From Clostridia bacterium (GTDB lineage Bacteria; Bacillota; Clostridia; Oscillospirales; CAG-272): DNA of 64,000 bases. Under the pieces are notes generated by a model, which saw only the letters and a list, made by a program, of their open reading frames with translations, did no database searches and was not told the DNA's origin. Position numbers and translations under genes: made by a program. Of the stretch, positions 54,190 through 62,755 are shown piece after piece (positions within the stretch are counted from its first letter, which is position 1; each line of letters starts with the position of its first letter). Location of the stretch: contig JAFSSQ010000022.1 of the NCBI GenBank assembly GCA_017450965.1, positions 232 to 64,231 on the forward strand, in the 5' to 3' direction.

Positions 54190-55047
54190 ATGCCGCAGCG
54201 TTACGACATTGCGATCATCGGCACCGGCCCGGCGGGGATCTCCGCCGCGATCACCGCCGCCGTCCGCGGAAAAACGATCCTGCTTCTCGGTCCTGCCGCG
54301 CTGAGCGAAAAGCTCTCCCGCGCCGAGAGGATCGAAAACTACCCCGGTCTGCCCGCGATCAGCGGCGCGGACTTTGCCCGCGCGCTCTCCGCGCATCTCG
54401 GCTCGCTCGGGATCCGGATCACCGACGCGCGCGTCGGCACGGTCTACGCGATGGGGGACTGGTTCGGGATCCAGGCGGGGGAAACGATGTACGAAGCAAG
54501 TTCCGTGATCCTTGCCTGCGGCGTGGCGCAGGGCAAACCGCTGCCCGGCGAGGAGGCGTTTCTCGGCCGCGGGGTCAGCTATTGCGCCACCTGCGACGCG
54601 CGGCTCTACCGCGGCAAGACCGTCGCCGTCCTCGCCTACTGCGCGGAAGCGGCGAAGGAAGCGGAGTTTCTCGCGACCGTCTGCGCGCGCGTCCTCTATT
54701 TTCCGGTCGTCCGGGCGCCGCTCCCTCAGGCAGAAAACCTTGAAGTGATCCGCGAGCTGCCGCGCGCGATCGCGGGAGAGAAAAAGGCGGACGCCGTGCT
54801 CACCGACGCCGGCGCGCGAGAGGCGGACGGGATCTTCGTTCTGCGGGACGCGGTCCTGCCGGAGCGGCTCGTCCCCGGGCTCGCAACGGAGGGCGAGCGG
54901 GTCGCCGTCGATCTCTCGATGCGCACCAACCTCCCCGGGCTTTTCGCCTGCGGCGACGCGGCGGGCCGGCCGTACCAGTACGTCAAAGCGGCGGGACAGG
55001 GCAACACGGCCGCCCTCTCCGCTGTGGAATATCTGAGCAAGCGATAA
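54190..55047 (+). CDS. Thioredoxin-reductase-like flavoprotein lacking NADPH-binding signatures
   Basis: 285 aa; FAD fold GTGPAG, redox CATCD; where classical TrxR has GGGNSA and HRR this protein has LAYCAEAA and FPVVRAP. Confidence 0.8.
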   Translation: MPQRYDIAIIGTGPAGISAAITAAVRGKTILLLGPAALSEKLSRAERIENYPGLPAISGADFARALSAHLGSLGIRITDARVGTVYAMGDWFGIQAGETMYEASSVILACGVAQGKPLPGEEAFLGRGVSYCATCDARLYRGKTVAVLAYCAEAAKEAEFLATVCARVLYFPVVRAPLPQAENLEVIRELPRAIAGEKKADAVLTDAGAREADGIFVLRDAVLPERLVPGLATEGERVAVDLSMRTNLPGLFACGDAAGRPYQYVKAAGQGNTAALSAVEYLSKR

Positions 55048-55069
55048 AAAAGAAAAGGAGAAAACGAAA

Positions 55070-55384
55070 ATGGTAACGAAGATCGAAAACGAAAAGATGG
55101 AGAAAGCCCTGGAGGCAAAAGCCGCCGTCGTGGACTTTTCCGCGACCTGGTGCGGCCCCTGCCGGATGCTGGCGCCCGTGATGGAGGAGCTCTCGGAGGA
55201 GATGGAGGGAAAAGTCGATTTTTACAATGCGGACACGGACGAAAATCCGCAGCTCGCGGGCAAATACAACATTTACAGCATTCCCGCCGTTCTCGTGTTC
55301 AAGGAAGGGCAGCTTGTCGGCAGCGCCGTCGGATTTCGTCCGAAAGCGGATATGAAGGCTTTTATTGAGTCAAAGATCGGATGA
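55070..55384 (+). CDS. trxA: Thioredoxin
   Basis: 104 aa; WCGPC active site. Confidence 0.95.
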   Translation: MVTKIENEKMEKALEAKAAVVDFSATWCGPCRMLAPVMEELSEEMEGKVDFYNADTDENPQLAGKYNIYSIPAVLVFKEGQLVGSAVGFRPKADMKAFIESKIG

Positions 55385-55842
55385 TGACGGATCAGACGAA
55401 CGGGTTCGACCCCCTCCGGCTTGACTGCCAGCTTTGCTTTCCCCTTTACGTCTGCGCAAAGGAAATCGTCAGAAAATACAAGCCGCACCTGGACGGGATC
55501 GACCTTACCTATACGCAGTATCTCGCGATGATGGTCCTCTGGGAACGCCGGACGGTCAACGTGCGGGACCTCGGCAGGATCCTCACGCTCGACTCGGGGA
55601 CCCTCACCCCTCTGCTCAAAAAGTTAGAGCAGAAGGGGTATCTCGTCCGCGCGCGCGACAAGCAGGACGAACGCTGTCTCGACGTTTCTCTGACCGAAAA
55701 GGGAGAAAAGCTGAAGGACCGCGCCGCCTGCATCCCGGGGAAGGTCGCGCCCTGCCTCGGTCTTTCCCCCGAGGAAGCAAAAACGCTCCATTCGCTGCTT
55801 CACAGGATCCTTGCCCACCTCCCCGAAACGGAGGAAGGATAA
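55381..55842 (+). CDS. MarR-family regulator, OhrR-like (single N-terminal sensing Cys)
   Basis: ATGA overlap with trxA; LDCQLCFPLY N-terminus, winged helix LTYTQYLAMMVLWE...GTLTPLLKKLEQKGYL. Confidence 0.8.
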   Translation: MMTDQTNGFDPLRLDCQLCFPLYVCAKEIVRKYKPHLDGIDLTYTQYLAMMVLWERRTVNVRDLGRILTLDSGTLTPLLKKLEQKGYLVRARDKQDERCLDVSLTEKGEKLKDRAACIPGKVAPCLGLSPEEAKTLHSLLHRILAHLPETEEG

Positions 55843-55846
55843 AGAG

Positions 55847-55876
55847 AAGAGGACCGCCCGAGCGGTCCTCTTTCCG
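55847..55876. terminator. Bidirectional terminator between the MarR gene and the rubredoxin gene
   Basis: AAGAGGACCGC-CCGA-GCGGTCCTCTT hairpin with flanking T/A runs. Confidence 0.8.
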
Positions 55877-55878
55877 TT

Positions 55879-56034
55879 TTACGCCTTTTCAAACATCGAC
55901 TTGTCCACGCCGCAGAGCGGGCAGACGAAATCTTCGGGCAGATCCTCGAACTTGGTGCCGGGGGCGATGCCGTTATCGGGATCGCCGAGCGCCTCATCGT
56001 AGGTCCAGCCGCAGGCGGAGCATACGTATTTCAT
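55879..56034 (-). CDS. Rubredoxin (51 aa, below the ORF-track cutoff)
   Basis: Hand translation [51 protein letters not shown]; two CxxCG knuckles; AAAGGAGA RBS 6 nt upstream. Confidence 0.9.
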   Translation of the reverse strand: MKYVCSACGWTYDEALGDPDNGIAPGTKFEDLPEDFVCPLCGVDKSMFEKA

Positions 56035-56061
56035 TTTTTTCTCCTTTCTCGGTTTTTATCG

Positions 56062-57861
56062 TTACAAAAGGGTTTCCATTTCATCCAGCAGCTCGCCGAA
56101 GAGGGCGAGAGCGGAATTGACCGGGTCGGGCGTGCTCATATCCACGCCGGCGATCTTCAGAAGCGAGATCGGGTCTGCGCTGCTGCCGCCGGAGAGGAAG
56201 CGCTTGTAGTCCGCCACGGCGGGCGCGCCCTCCCGCAGGATGCGGTTGGCGATCGCCACGGCGGCGGAAAAGCCGGTCGCGTACTGGAAAACGTAGTAAT
56301 CGTAGTAGAAGTGCGGGATCCGCGCCCACTCCAGGGCGATCCCCTCGTCGGAGACCATATCGGGGCCGAAGTAGAGTTTGTTGAGGGCGTGGTACTTTTC
56401 GCAGAGGGCGTCGGCGGTAAGCGTTTCGCCGTTTTCCGCCATCCGGCCCATCGCCAGCTCGAACTCCGCAAACATCGTCTGCCGGTAGATCGTTCCCTTG
56501 AACTGGTCGAGGAAGTGATTGATCAGGTAGGCGCGCTGCTTTTTGTCGGTCGTTTCGGAGAGGAGGCGGCGCATCAGGAGCACCTCGTTGCAGGTGGAGG
56601 CGACCTCCGCCACAAAGATCACGTATTCGGAGGTGCAGACCGGCTGGTTTTTGCAGCTGAGGTAGCTGTGCAGGGCGTGCCCCATCTCGTGCGCCAGCGT
56701 GAACTGGCTGTCGAGGTTGTCGTGATGGTTGAGGAGAACGTAGGGGTGCGGGCGGCCCATCGAGGAGTAGGCGCCGCTGCGCTTGCCGACGTTTTCGTAG
56801 ACGTCGATCCAGCGGTTTTCAAAGCCCTCGCGCAGCATCGCGGTATAGTCGTCTCCGAGAACGGAGAGGGCGGAGAGGACCGTTTCCTTCGCTTTTTCGT
56901 AGGGGATCTTCTCGGCGCTGTCCGGCACGACGGGGGTATAAACGTCGTACATATGCAGCTCGTCGACCCCGAGCATCCGCTTGCGCAGGGAGACGTAGCG
57001 GTACATCTTGTCGAGGTTGTCGTGGACCGCGGCGATCAGGTTGTGATAGACCTCGACCGGGACCTCGGTGCGGTCGAGGGAGGCGGCGAGGGTGTTCTCG
57101 TACTTGCGGGCGTTCGCGTAGAAGCGGAGCTGCTTGAACTGGGCGTTGAGGGTCGCCGCGGCGGTGTTGCGGAACTCGCCGAGGCGGGTATAGAAGGTCT
57201 CAAAGGTGTTTTTGCGCAGCACGCGGTCGCTGCTCTCCAGCAGCGGCACCAGCGTTCCGCCGGTCAGCTCGTGCATTTCCCCTTTTCCGTCGGAAACGGC
57301 GGGGAACTTCAGATCGGCGTTCTCAAAGACGGAGGAGATCTCCTCCGGCGCTTCCGCCATCTCGCCGGAGGCGGCGAGCAGCGCTTCGCACTCGGGGGAG
57401 AGGATATGCGCCTTCCGGCGGCGGATCTGATAGAGACTGCGGCGGTAAACGGTCAGCTCTTTTTCCTCCCCGTACCAGCGATCCAGCGTTTCTTCGGGGA
57501 TCGCCATGATCTCGGGAACGGCAAAGGCGCCGGCGCTGCCGACCGCGATCCACAGACTGGTCGCTTTGCCGCGCATATCCTGATAAAAGCCGCTTCCCAC
57601 GTCCTCGTCCCCCTTGCGGGAGGCGTAGCCGTGCAGACGGGCGAGGGAAAGACCGATCTCATCGTCAAGCTTGAGGTAGGAAAGGAGCGTTCCGGCGCTC
57701 TCGCCGAGGCGCCCCGCAAAGGCGGCGACCTTCTCCGGCAGCTTTTTCAGTTCTTCATAGTCGGCAAACCACGCGTCGTCGCTTTCGTAGATATCCTTCA
57801 GGTTCCAGGTAAACTCCTCCGGCACCTCGGAGCGCGCCGGAATCTTCTTTTCGTTTGACAT
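56062..57861 (-). CDS. pepF: Oligoendopeptidase F (M3B)
   Basis: 599 aa; HEMGHALH zinc motif; TTTACA-17-TATAAT promoter on the minus strand near 57900-57930. Confidence 0.9.
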   Translation of the reverse strand: MSNEKKIPARSEVPEEFTWNLKDIYESDDAWFADYEELKKLPEKVAAFAGRLGESAGTLLSYLKLDDEIGLSLARLHGYASRKGDEDVGSGFYQDMRGKATSLWIAVGSAGAFAVPEIMAIPEETLDRWYGEEKELTVYRRSLYQIRRRKAHILSPECEALLAASGEMAEAPEEISSVFENADLKFPAVSDGKGEMHELTGGTLVPLLESSDRVLRKNTFETFYTRLGEFRNTAAATLNAQFKQLRFYANARKYENTLAASLDRTEVPVEVYHNLIAAVHDNLDKMYRYVSLRKRMLGVDELHMYDVYTPVVPDSAEKIPYEKAKETVLSALSVLGDDYTAMLREGFENRWIDVYENVGKRSGAYSSMGRPHPYVLLNHHDNLDSQFTLAHEMGHALHSYLSCKNQPVCTSEYVIFVAEVASTCNEVLLMRRLLSETTDKKQRAYLINHFLDQFKGTIYRQTMFAEFELAMGRMAENGETLTADALCEKYHALNKLYFGPDMVSDEGIALEWARIPHFYYDYYVFQYATGFSAAVAIANRILREGAPAVADYKRFLSGGSSADPISLLKIAGVDMSTPDPVNSALALFGELLDEMETLL

Positions 57862-58004
57862 AGGCCCTCCCGAACAGTCAAGTATACTTTATTATACCGC
57901 GTCCCTCCCGCTTTGTAAAGAGCTTTTTCGCCTTTTCGCCGCGCCGCTTTCCCGGCGGGGAAGGGGCGTTTTGCACGGTTTTCCGTTTTCCGGGGCGCAG
58001 CCCC

Positions 58005-58034
58005 TTGACAAAGGGAAAGGGGGGATGCTATAAT
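58005..58034 (+). promoter_or_regulatory. Promoter of the FNT-fhs operon
   Basis: TTGACA (58005-58010), 18-nt spacer, TGc-TATAAT (58026-58034). Confidence 0.7.
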
Positions 58035-58131
58035 CATAACGGCAACTTTAAGACGATACGGGATATCGGCAAGGAGCCGCGCATTTTTGCACGGGAATAC
58101 CGGCTTCCGCGTCGGTGTTGATGCGTTCGCC

Positions 58132-58160
58132 CCCTGCCGGGTCTCCGGCGGGGTTTTTTT
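58132..58160 (+). terminator. Intrinsic terminator inside the 5' leader (attenuator)
   Basis: CCCTGCCGG-GTCT-CCGGCGGGG (9 bp with one G-U) followed by TTTTTTT, 40 nt before ATG 58201. Confidence 0.75.
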
Positions 58161-58200
58161 GTCCCGGCAAGACCGCTGAAGGAGAAGAAAGGATCGCTTT

Positions 58201-58827
58201 ATGCTGAAACAGATCTCGTCCCGCTTTTTTTCCGGCGTCGCCGCCGGCGTGCTCGTCTCGATCGGGGGATGCGTTTACCTCGCCGCGGAGAGCAAAACGG
58301 TCGGCGCCGTTCTCTTTTCCGTCGCGCTGCTCTGTATTTGCTATAAGGACTATTCGCTTTTCACCGGCAAGGTCGGCTATCTCACCAAAAGCCGCACCAA
58401 GACCGATCTCTCCGTCCTCTTTCTCGGTCTGGCGGGGAACTTCGCCGGCGCCGTCGGTTCCGCGCTGCTCGCCTATGCCTGCGGCGGAAAGTTTTACGCC
58501 GCGGCGTCCGCGCTCGCGGAGGCGAAGCTGGCGCAGTCGGTCCCGGACAGTCTGGCGCGCGCCTTTTTCTGCGGGATTTTGATGTATCTCGCCGTCAGTA
58601 TCTTCCGGGAGAAGAAGACGCCGCTCGGCGTTCTCTTCTGCATTCCCGTTTTTATCCTCTCGGGCTTTGAACACAGCATCGCCGATATCTTCTATCTCGC
58701 GGCGGGGTTCGAGTCCGTACCGGGCTATGCGGGAAAGGCGCTCTTTTATATTCTTCTGATCCTCGCCGGCAACGCCGCCGGCGCGGCGTTCATCTCCCTG
58801 TTTGACAAAAAAGAGGAGAAGGCGTAA
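58201..58827 (+). CDS. Formate/nitrite transporter (FNT) family channel, short form
   Basis: 208 aa, about 6 TM; hallmark SGFEHSIAD motif. Confidence 0.8.
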   Translation: MLKQISSRFFSGVAAGVLVSIGGCVYLAAESKTVGAVLFSVALLCICYKDYSLFTGKVGYLTKSRTKTDLSVLFLGLAGNFAGAVGSALLAYACGGKFYAAASALAEAKLAQSVPDSLARAFFCGILMYLAVSIFREKKTPLGVLFCIPVFILSGFEHSIADIFYLAAGFESVPGYAGKALFYILLILAGNAAGAAFISLFDKKEEKA

Positions 58828-58886
58828 AGACCGCCCCGGCCTGAAAAAACAAAGCGCGGCGCGCGGCGCCGCATAAGGAGGAAAGC

Positions 58887-60566
58887 ATGGCATATCTTTC
58901 GGACATCGAGATCGCGCAGAGCTGCGAGATGAAGCCGATCTCGGAGGTGGCGCGTACCGCCCGCGTGGAGGAGCGGTATCTGGAGCACTACGGCCGCTAT
59001 AAGGCAAAGGTCGATCTCTCCCTGCTGCGGGACGCGGCGGACAAGGAGAACGGCAAGCTGATCCTCGTTACCGCGATCACGCCTACCCCGGCGGGGGAAG
59101 GGAAGACCACCACCACCATCGGTCTCGCGGACGGTCTGCGCCGCATCGGCAAGGACGTGACCGTCGCGCTGCGCGAGCCCTCGCTCGGGCCGGTGTTCGG
59201 GATCAAGGGCGGCGCCGCCGGCGGCGGCTACGCGCAGGTCGTCCCGATGGAGGATATCAACCTCCACTTCACCGGCGATTTCCACGCCATCGGCGCGGCG
59301 AACAACCTGCTCGCCGCGATGCTCGATAACCATATCCAGCAGGGAAACGAGCTGAATATCGACGTCCGCCGCATCACCTGGAAGCGCTGCGTGGATATGA
59401 ACGACCGGCAGCTCCGCTTCATCGTGGACGGCATGGGCGGCAAGGCGAACGGCGTCCCCCGCGAGGACGGGTTCGATATCACCGTCGCCTCGGAAATCAT
59501 GGCGGTCCTCTGCCTCTCCTCCTCGATCACCGATCTCAAAGAGCGCCTTTCCCGCATCATCGTCGGTTACACCCGCGGCGACGAGCCGGTCACCTGCGGC
59601 CAGCTCAAGGCGGCGGGCGCGATGGCGGCGCTGCTCAAAGACGCCTTAAAGCCCAACCTCGTCCAGACGCTGGAGGGCACCCCCGCGTTCGTGCACGGCG
59701 GGCCGTTTGCGAATATCGCCCACGGCTGCAACTCGGTCATGGCGACGCGCATGGCGCTCAAAATGGGCGACTACACCGTTACCGAGGCGGGCTTCGGCGC
59801 CGACCTCGGCGCGGAAAAGTTCCTCGATATCAAGTGCCGGATGGCGGGGCTCACCCCGGACGCCGTCGTCGTCGTGGCGACCGTCCGCGCGCTGAAGATG
59901 CACGGCGGGCTCGATAAAAAAGAGCTGGCGACCGAGGATCTCGGGGCGCTGGAGCGCGGGATCCCCAACCTCCTGCGCCACGTCTCCAATATCAAAAACG
60001 TCTACCGTCTCCCCTGCGTCGTCGCAATCAACCGCTTCCCGACCGATACCGACCGGGAGATCGACTTCATCATCGAAAAGTGCCGCGCCCTCGGCGTGAA
60101 CACCGTCCTTTCCACCGTTTGGGCGGAGGGCGGCAAAGGGGGCGAGGCGCTCGCCCGCGAGGTCGTCCGCCTCTGCGAGGAGGAAAAAGGCGACTTCCGC
60201 TTCTCCTACGGGGACGCCCTTTCGATCACGGAAAAGATCGACGCGGTGGTAAAAAAGATCTACGGCGGCAAAGGCGCGGTCTTTACCCCGGAGGCGAAAA
60301 AACAGATCGCCCGCCTCGAGGAGCTCGGCTTCGGCGCCTGCCCCGTCTGCATCGCGAAGACCCAATACAGCTTTTCCGACGATCCGAAAAAGCTCGGCGC
60401 GCCGGAGGATTTTGAGGTCACCGTCCGCAGCGTCAAGATCTCCGCGGGCGCGGGCTTTGTCGTCGTCCTGACCGGCGACATCCTCACGATGCCCGGCCTG
60501 CCGAAGTCCCCCGCCGCCGAACGCATCGACGTCGACGAAAACGGCAAGATCTCCGGGCTGTTCTGA
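58887..60566 (+). CDS. fhs: Formate-tetrahydrofolate ligase
   Basis: 559 aa; [16 protein letters not shown]-loop and the highly conserved FTHFS sequence throughout. Confidence 0.95.
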   Translation: MAYLSDIEIAQSCEMKPISEVARTARVEERYLEHYGRYKAKVDLSLLRDAADKENGKLILVTAITPTPAGEGKTTTTIGLADGLRRIGKDVTVALREPSLGPVFGIKGGAAGGGYAQVVPMEDINLHFTGDFHAIGAANNLLAAMLDNHIQQGNELNIDVRRITWKRCVDMNDRQLRFIVDGMGGKANGVPREDGFDITVASEIMAVLCLSSSITDLKERLSRIIVGYTRGDEPVTCGQLKAAGAMAALLKDALKPNLVQTLEGTPAFVHGGPFANIAHGCNSVMATRMALKMGDYTVTEAGFGADLGAEKFLDIKCRMAGLTPDAVVVVATVRALKMHGGLDKKELATEDLGALERGIPNLLRHVSNIKNVYRLPCVVAINRFPTDTDREIDFIIEKCRALGVNTVLSTVWAEGGKGGEALAREVVRLCEEEKGDFRFSYGDALSITEKIDAVVKKIYGGKGAVFTPEAKKQIARLEELGFGACPVCIAKTQYSFSDDPKKLGAPEDFEVTVRSVKISAGAGFVVVLTGDILTMPGLPKSPAAERIDVDENGKISGLF

Positions 60567-60678
60567 TCGCCGTTGGGAATTGGGAACGCCTTCCTTTTCT
60601 GAAGAAAAGGAAGCGAAAAGACTTTTTGAAAAAAGCAAAGAACAGAAACAGCGTATTCAAAGATATCCTTATGCGAAA

Positions 60679-60707
60679 AGCCGACCCGTAAACCGGGCCG
60701 GCTTTTT
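60679..60707 (+). terminator. Intrinsic terminator downstream of fhs
   Basis: AGCCGACCCG-TAAAC-CGGGCCGGCT (one mismatch) followed by TTTTT. Confidence 0.7.
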
Positions 60708-60757
60708 GGCTGAGAAAGGACACACAAATAAACACAGCAATCAAAACAATACAACTA

Positions 60758-61234
60758 TTATAAGCTTGACGCCCAAAGGTCCGAGTCGTCTGCAAAAAGA
60801 GTTTCTTCATGCATAGTCTTTGTTTCTTCGCGTCTCTCTTTAACTTTTTTCATGTAGTCGTCAACATTTCTTATGTTAAGGGTTTTTTTATTCTTTCCGT
60901 CATAAATAATCGGATATTGCTGCGGATTCATGATATGTATGATTTTCGATGCCCAACTTATAGGTTTCTTCCCTCCAAACGAAGGCAATTTAGAAAGATT
61001 ATACTCACCAGTGTCTATGCGTTTCTTGTTCTCCCATAAGTATTTTGCAAACGCACCTACTGAATCTCTTGGCAGAGAGCGAACTACATTTCCGCCTTTT
61101 CCACACCAAATAACCGCTTTCTCAAAATCTTGCACGATATTTGCTGACAGTAGCAATTCTCGACTCTGCCTTTTCCATTCCTGAGACAGTTTTGAACTCG
61201 CTTTTTGGATCTTGTTAAGTTTAGGCTCTTTCAT
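60758..61234 (-). CDS. Hypothetical protein, low GC (possible divergent HhH/OGG-fold-like segment)
   Basis: ORF trimmed to MKEPKLNK (ATG 61234, AGGAGA RBS 5 nt upstream); no family recognised; segment LPSFGGKKPISWASKIIHIMNPQQYPIIYD resembles a helix-hairpin-helix. Confidence 0.55.
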   Translation of the reverse strand: MKEPKLNKIQKASSKLSQEWKRQSRELLLSANIVQDFEKAVIWCGKGGNVVRSLPRDSVGAFAKYLWENKKRIDTGEYNLSKLPSFGGKKPISWASKIIHIMNPQQYPIIYDGKNKKTLNIRNVDDYMKKVKERREETKTMHEETLFADDSDLWASSL

Positions 61235-61399
61235 TTTTCTCTCCTGTTTGTTTGCAAGTATATTCTTTGCCATTATTAAGTTCATATTTATACATCCGCG
61301 CTTTTAAAAAAGCAAAAAGCAACAGGATAAAAGATCGATTATGATGGAAAAGGTGGTATCCCATTGAAAAAGCCACAGCGTTTTCTGGTAGTATTAGTA

Positions 61400-62755
61400 T
61401 TAATATGTCAAAGTCCCATCCGAACAAACAACCGTAAACTTTCCCGTGTCCCGAAATATTTTTCTCCATTGAGCTTTGGTGCCGGAAAAATAGACTGTTT
61501 TCAGCCCGTTGCAACCGGAAAAAGCAGACTGATTTATACATGTCACGGTATTAGGGATTGTGATGGCTTCTATATTCTGACTACCGGAAAAGGTGAACAT
61601 ATAGTTGGAGTAGGATCCATAGAAATGAACTCTACCGATTTCAGTTACGATTTTCCCGTTATATGTTGAAGGAATCACAACGGAGGCATCCGAGCCATAA
61701 TACTTGACAAGACGGTATCCTCCGCCGTTTTCAATGCGCTCGAACTCAAAATCGTCGTTGTCCGTGACCGTTACCCAACATTCGGCGGTCTTGCCGTCCG
61801 CCGTTTTGGCAAGGATAACGGCAAATCCCTGCGCCTGCGCCGTGACCGTGCCGTTTTCCACCGTGGCAACGGCGGTGTTGGAGCTTGCCCATGAAACGGT
61901 CTGATCGGTGGCGTTTTCCGGCAGGACGGAGCAGGACAGCGTCGCCGTTTCCCCTGCTGTCAGCGTGATATTCGACTCGTTCAGAGAGACGGAGGAGACC
62001 GGGATCGTCGTTTCCGCCGGTTCAGTCGTTTCCGCTGCCTTTGTCTCCGCTGCCTTTGTTTCCGTTGGCTTTATTCCCGCTTTCCCCGTCTCTTCCGCGG
62101 TATTTCCCGGATCGTTTGTCGGAGCGGCGGTCGTATCGCCCGGCTTTTTCCCCGAGGAGGCGGATTTGTTTGAGATCCGCTCGTACTCCAGCGTCATACT
62201 GCCGGCGCCGGTCAGGGTAACGTCGCCCGTCAGCGTCAGCTTTTTCCCTTTGATCGCGTAGTCGTAATCAAGCGATTTTTTAAGCCCGAAAAAGTCTGTG
62301 TCGATATGTAATTTTCCGTCCTCGGCTGTATAGGTCCCCTCGTAGTTCAGCGTGTTGATATTCGCCGAAAAGGTCCCGTCGTCGTTAAACTGCCAATGGT
62401 TGGCCCCGAACGCCCACTTGCCGATCAAACTTCCGCCGCCGAAAACGCCCGTAGCAAACAAAAGCACAACGGCGATCAGGAGGGCGGCGAGGACGGCGCC
62501 GATCAGGAGATAGGCGCGTTTTTTGCCGGAAAAGCTGATTTTTCCGGTTTTTCGTCCTTCCAGCGCGGCGCCTCTCGCGCCGCACGCGCGGCAGAAAAAG
62601 GCCCCGTCCTGACCTTTGGCAATATCATAAGAGCCGCACACCGCGCAGGGCGCCACGATCGCTCCGCAGGAGCGGCAAAAGCTTTGTCCGTCGTACCGCG
62701 CCCCGACGTCGGTCGAGCCGCATTCCCGGCATTTCGGCGTTGTTTCGTTTTCCAT
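61400..62755 (-). CDS. Membrane-anchored surface protein: two cytoplasmic zinc ribbons, TM, lipocalin-like domain, T/E/A-rich linker, Big_2 Ig-like domain, BspA-type LRR
   Basis: 451 aa; CRECG..CRSCG and CAVCG..CRACG; TM YLLIGAVLAALLIAVVLLFA; GKWAF..WQFNDDGTF; VSLNESNITLTAGETATLS...VSWASSNTAVATV; IPSTYNGKIVTEIG...IPNTVTCINQSAFSGCNGL. Confidence 0.75.
   Translation of the reverse strand: MENETTPKCRECGSTDVGARYDGQSFCRSCGAIVAPCAVCGSYDIAKGQDGAFFCRACGARGAALEGRKTGKISFSGKKRAYLLIGAVLAALLIAVVLLFATGVFGGGSLIGKWAFGANHWQFNDDGTFSANINTLNYEGTYTAEDGKLHIDTDFFGLKKSLDYDYAIKGKKLTLTGDVTLTGAGSMTLEYERISNKSASSGKKPGDTTAAPTNDPGNTAEETGKAGIKPTETKAAETKAAETTEPAETTIPVSSVSLNESNITLTAGETATLSCSVLPENATDQTVSWASSNTAVATVENGTVTAQAQGFAVILAKTADGKTAECWVTVTDNDDFEFERIENGGGYRLVKYYGSDASVVIPSTYNGKIVTEIGRVHFYGSYSNYMFTFSGSQNIEAITIPNTVTCINQSAFSGCNGLKTVYFSGTKAQWRKIFRDTGKFTVVCSDGTLTY

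Noticed and set aside
22401-57858. Other long mirror ORFs opposite real genes, e.g. 22401..23819(+), 27057..28775(-), 30337..32058(-), 36233..38008(-), 41110..43182(+), 45752..47194(+), 49026..50870(+), 56311..57858(+)
   Set aside because: The explanation is the same as for the relA antisense ORF. Each overlaps a gene with strong family motifs on the other strand, and the translations are arginine/glycine/proline-rich with no domain signatures.
58035-58200. Calling the FNT-fhs leader a ZTP (pfl) riboswitch
   Set aside because: The gene context fits. However, I could not find the conserved ZTP elements as I recall them (an ACUGGCG-type strand pairing with a 3' CCGCCUGGGC). The nearest 3' sequence, CGCCCCCUGCCGGG, is the terminator arm. 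It is left as an unclassified leader.
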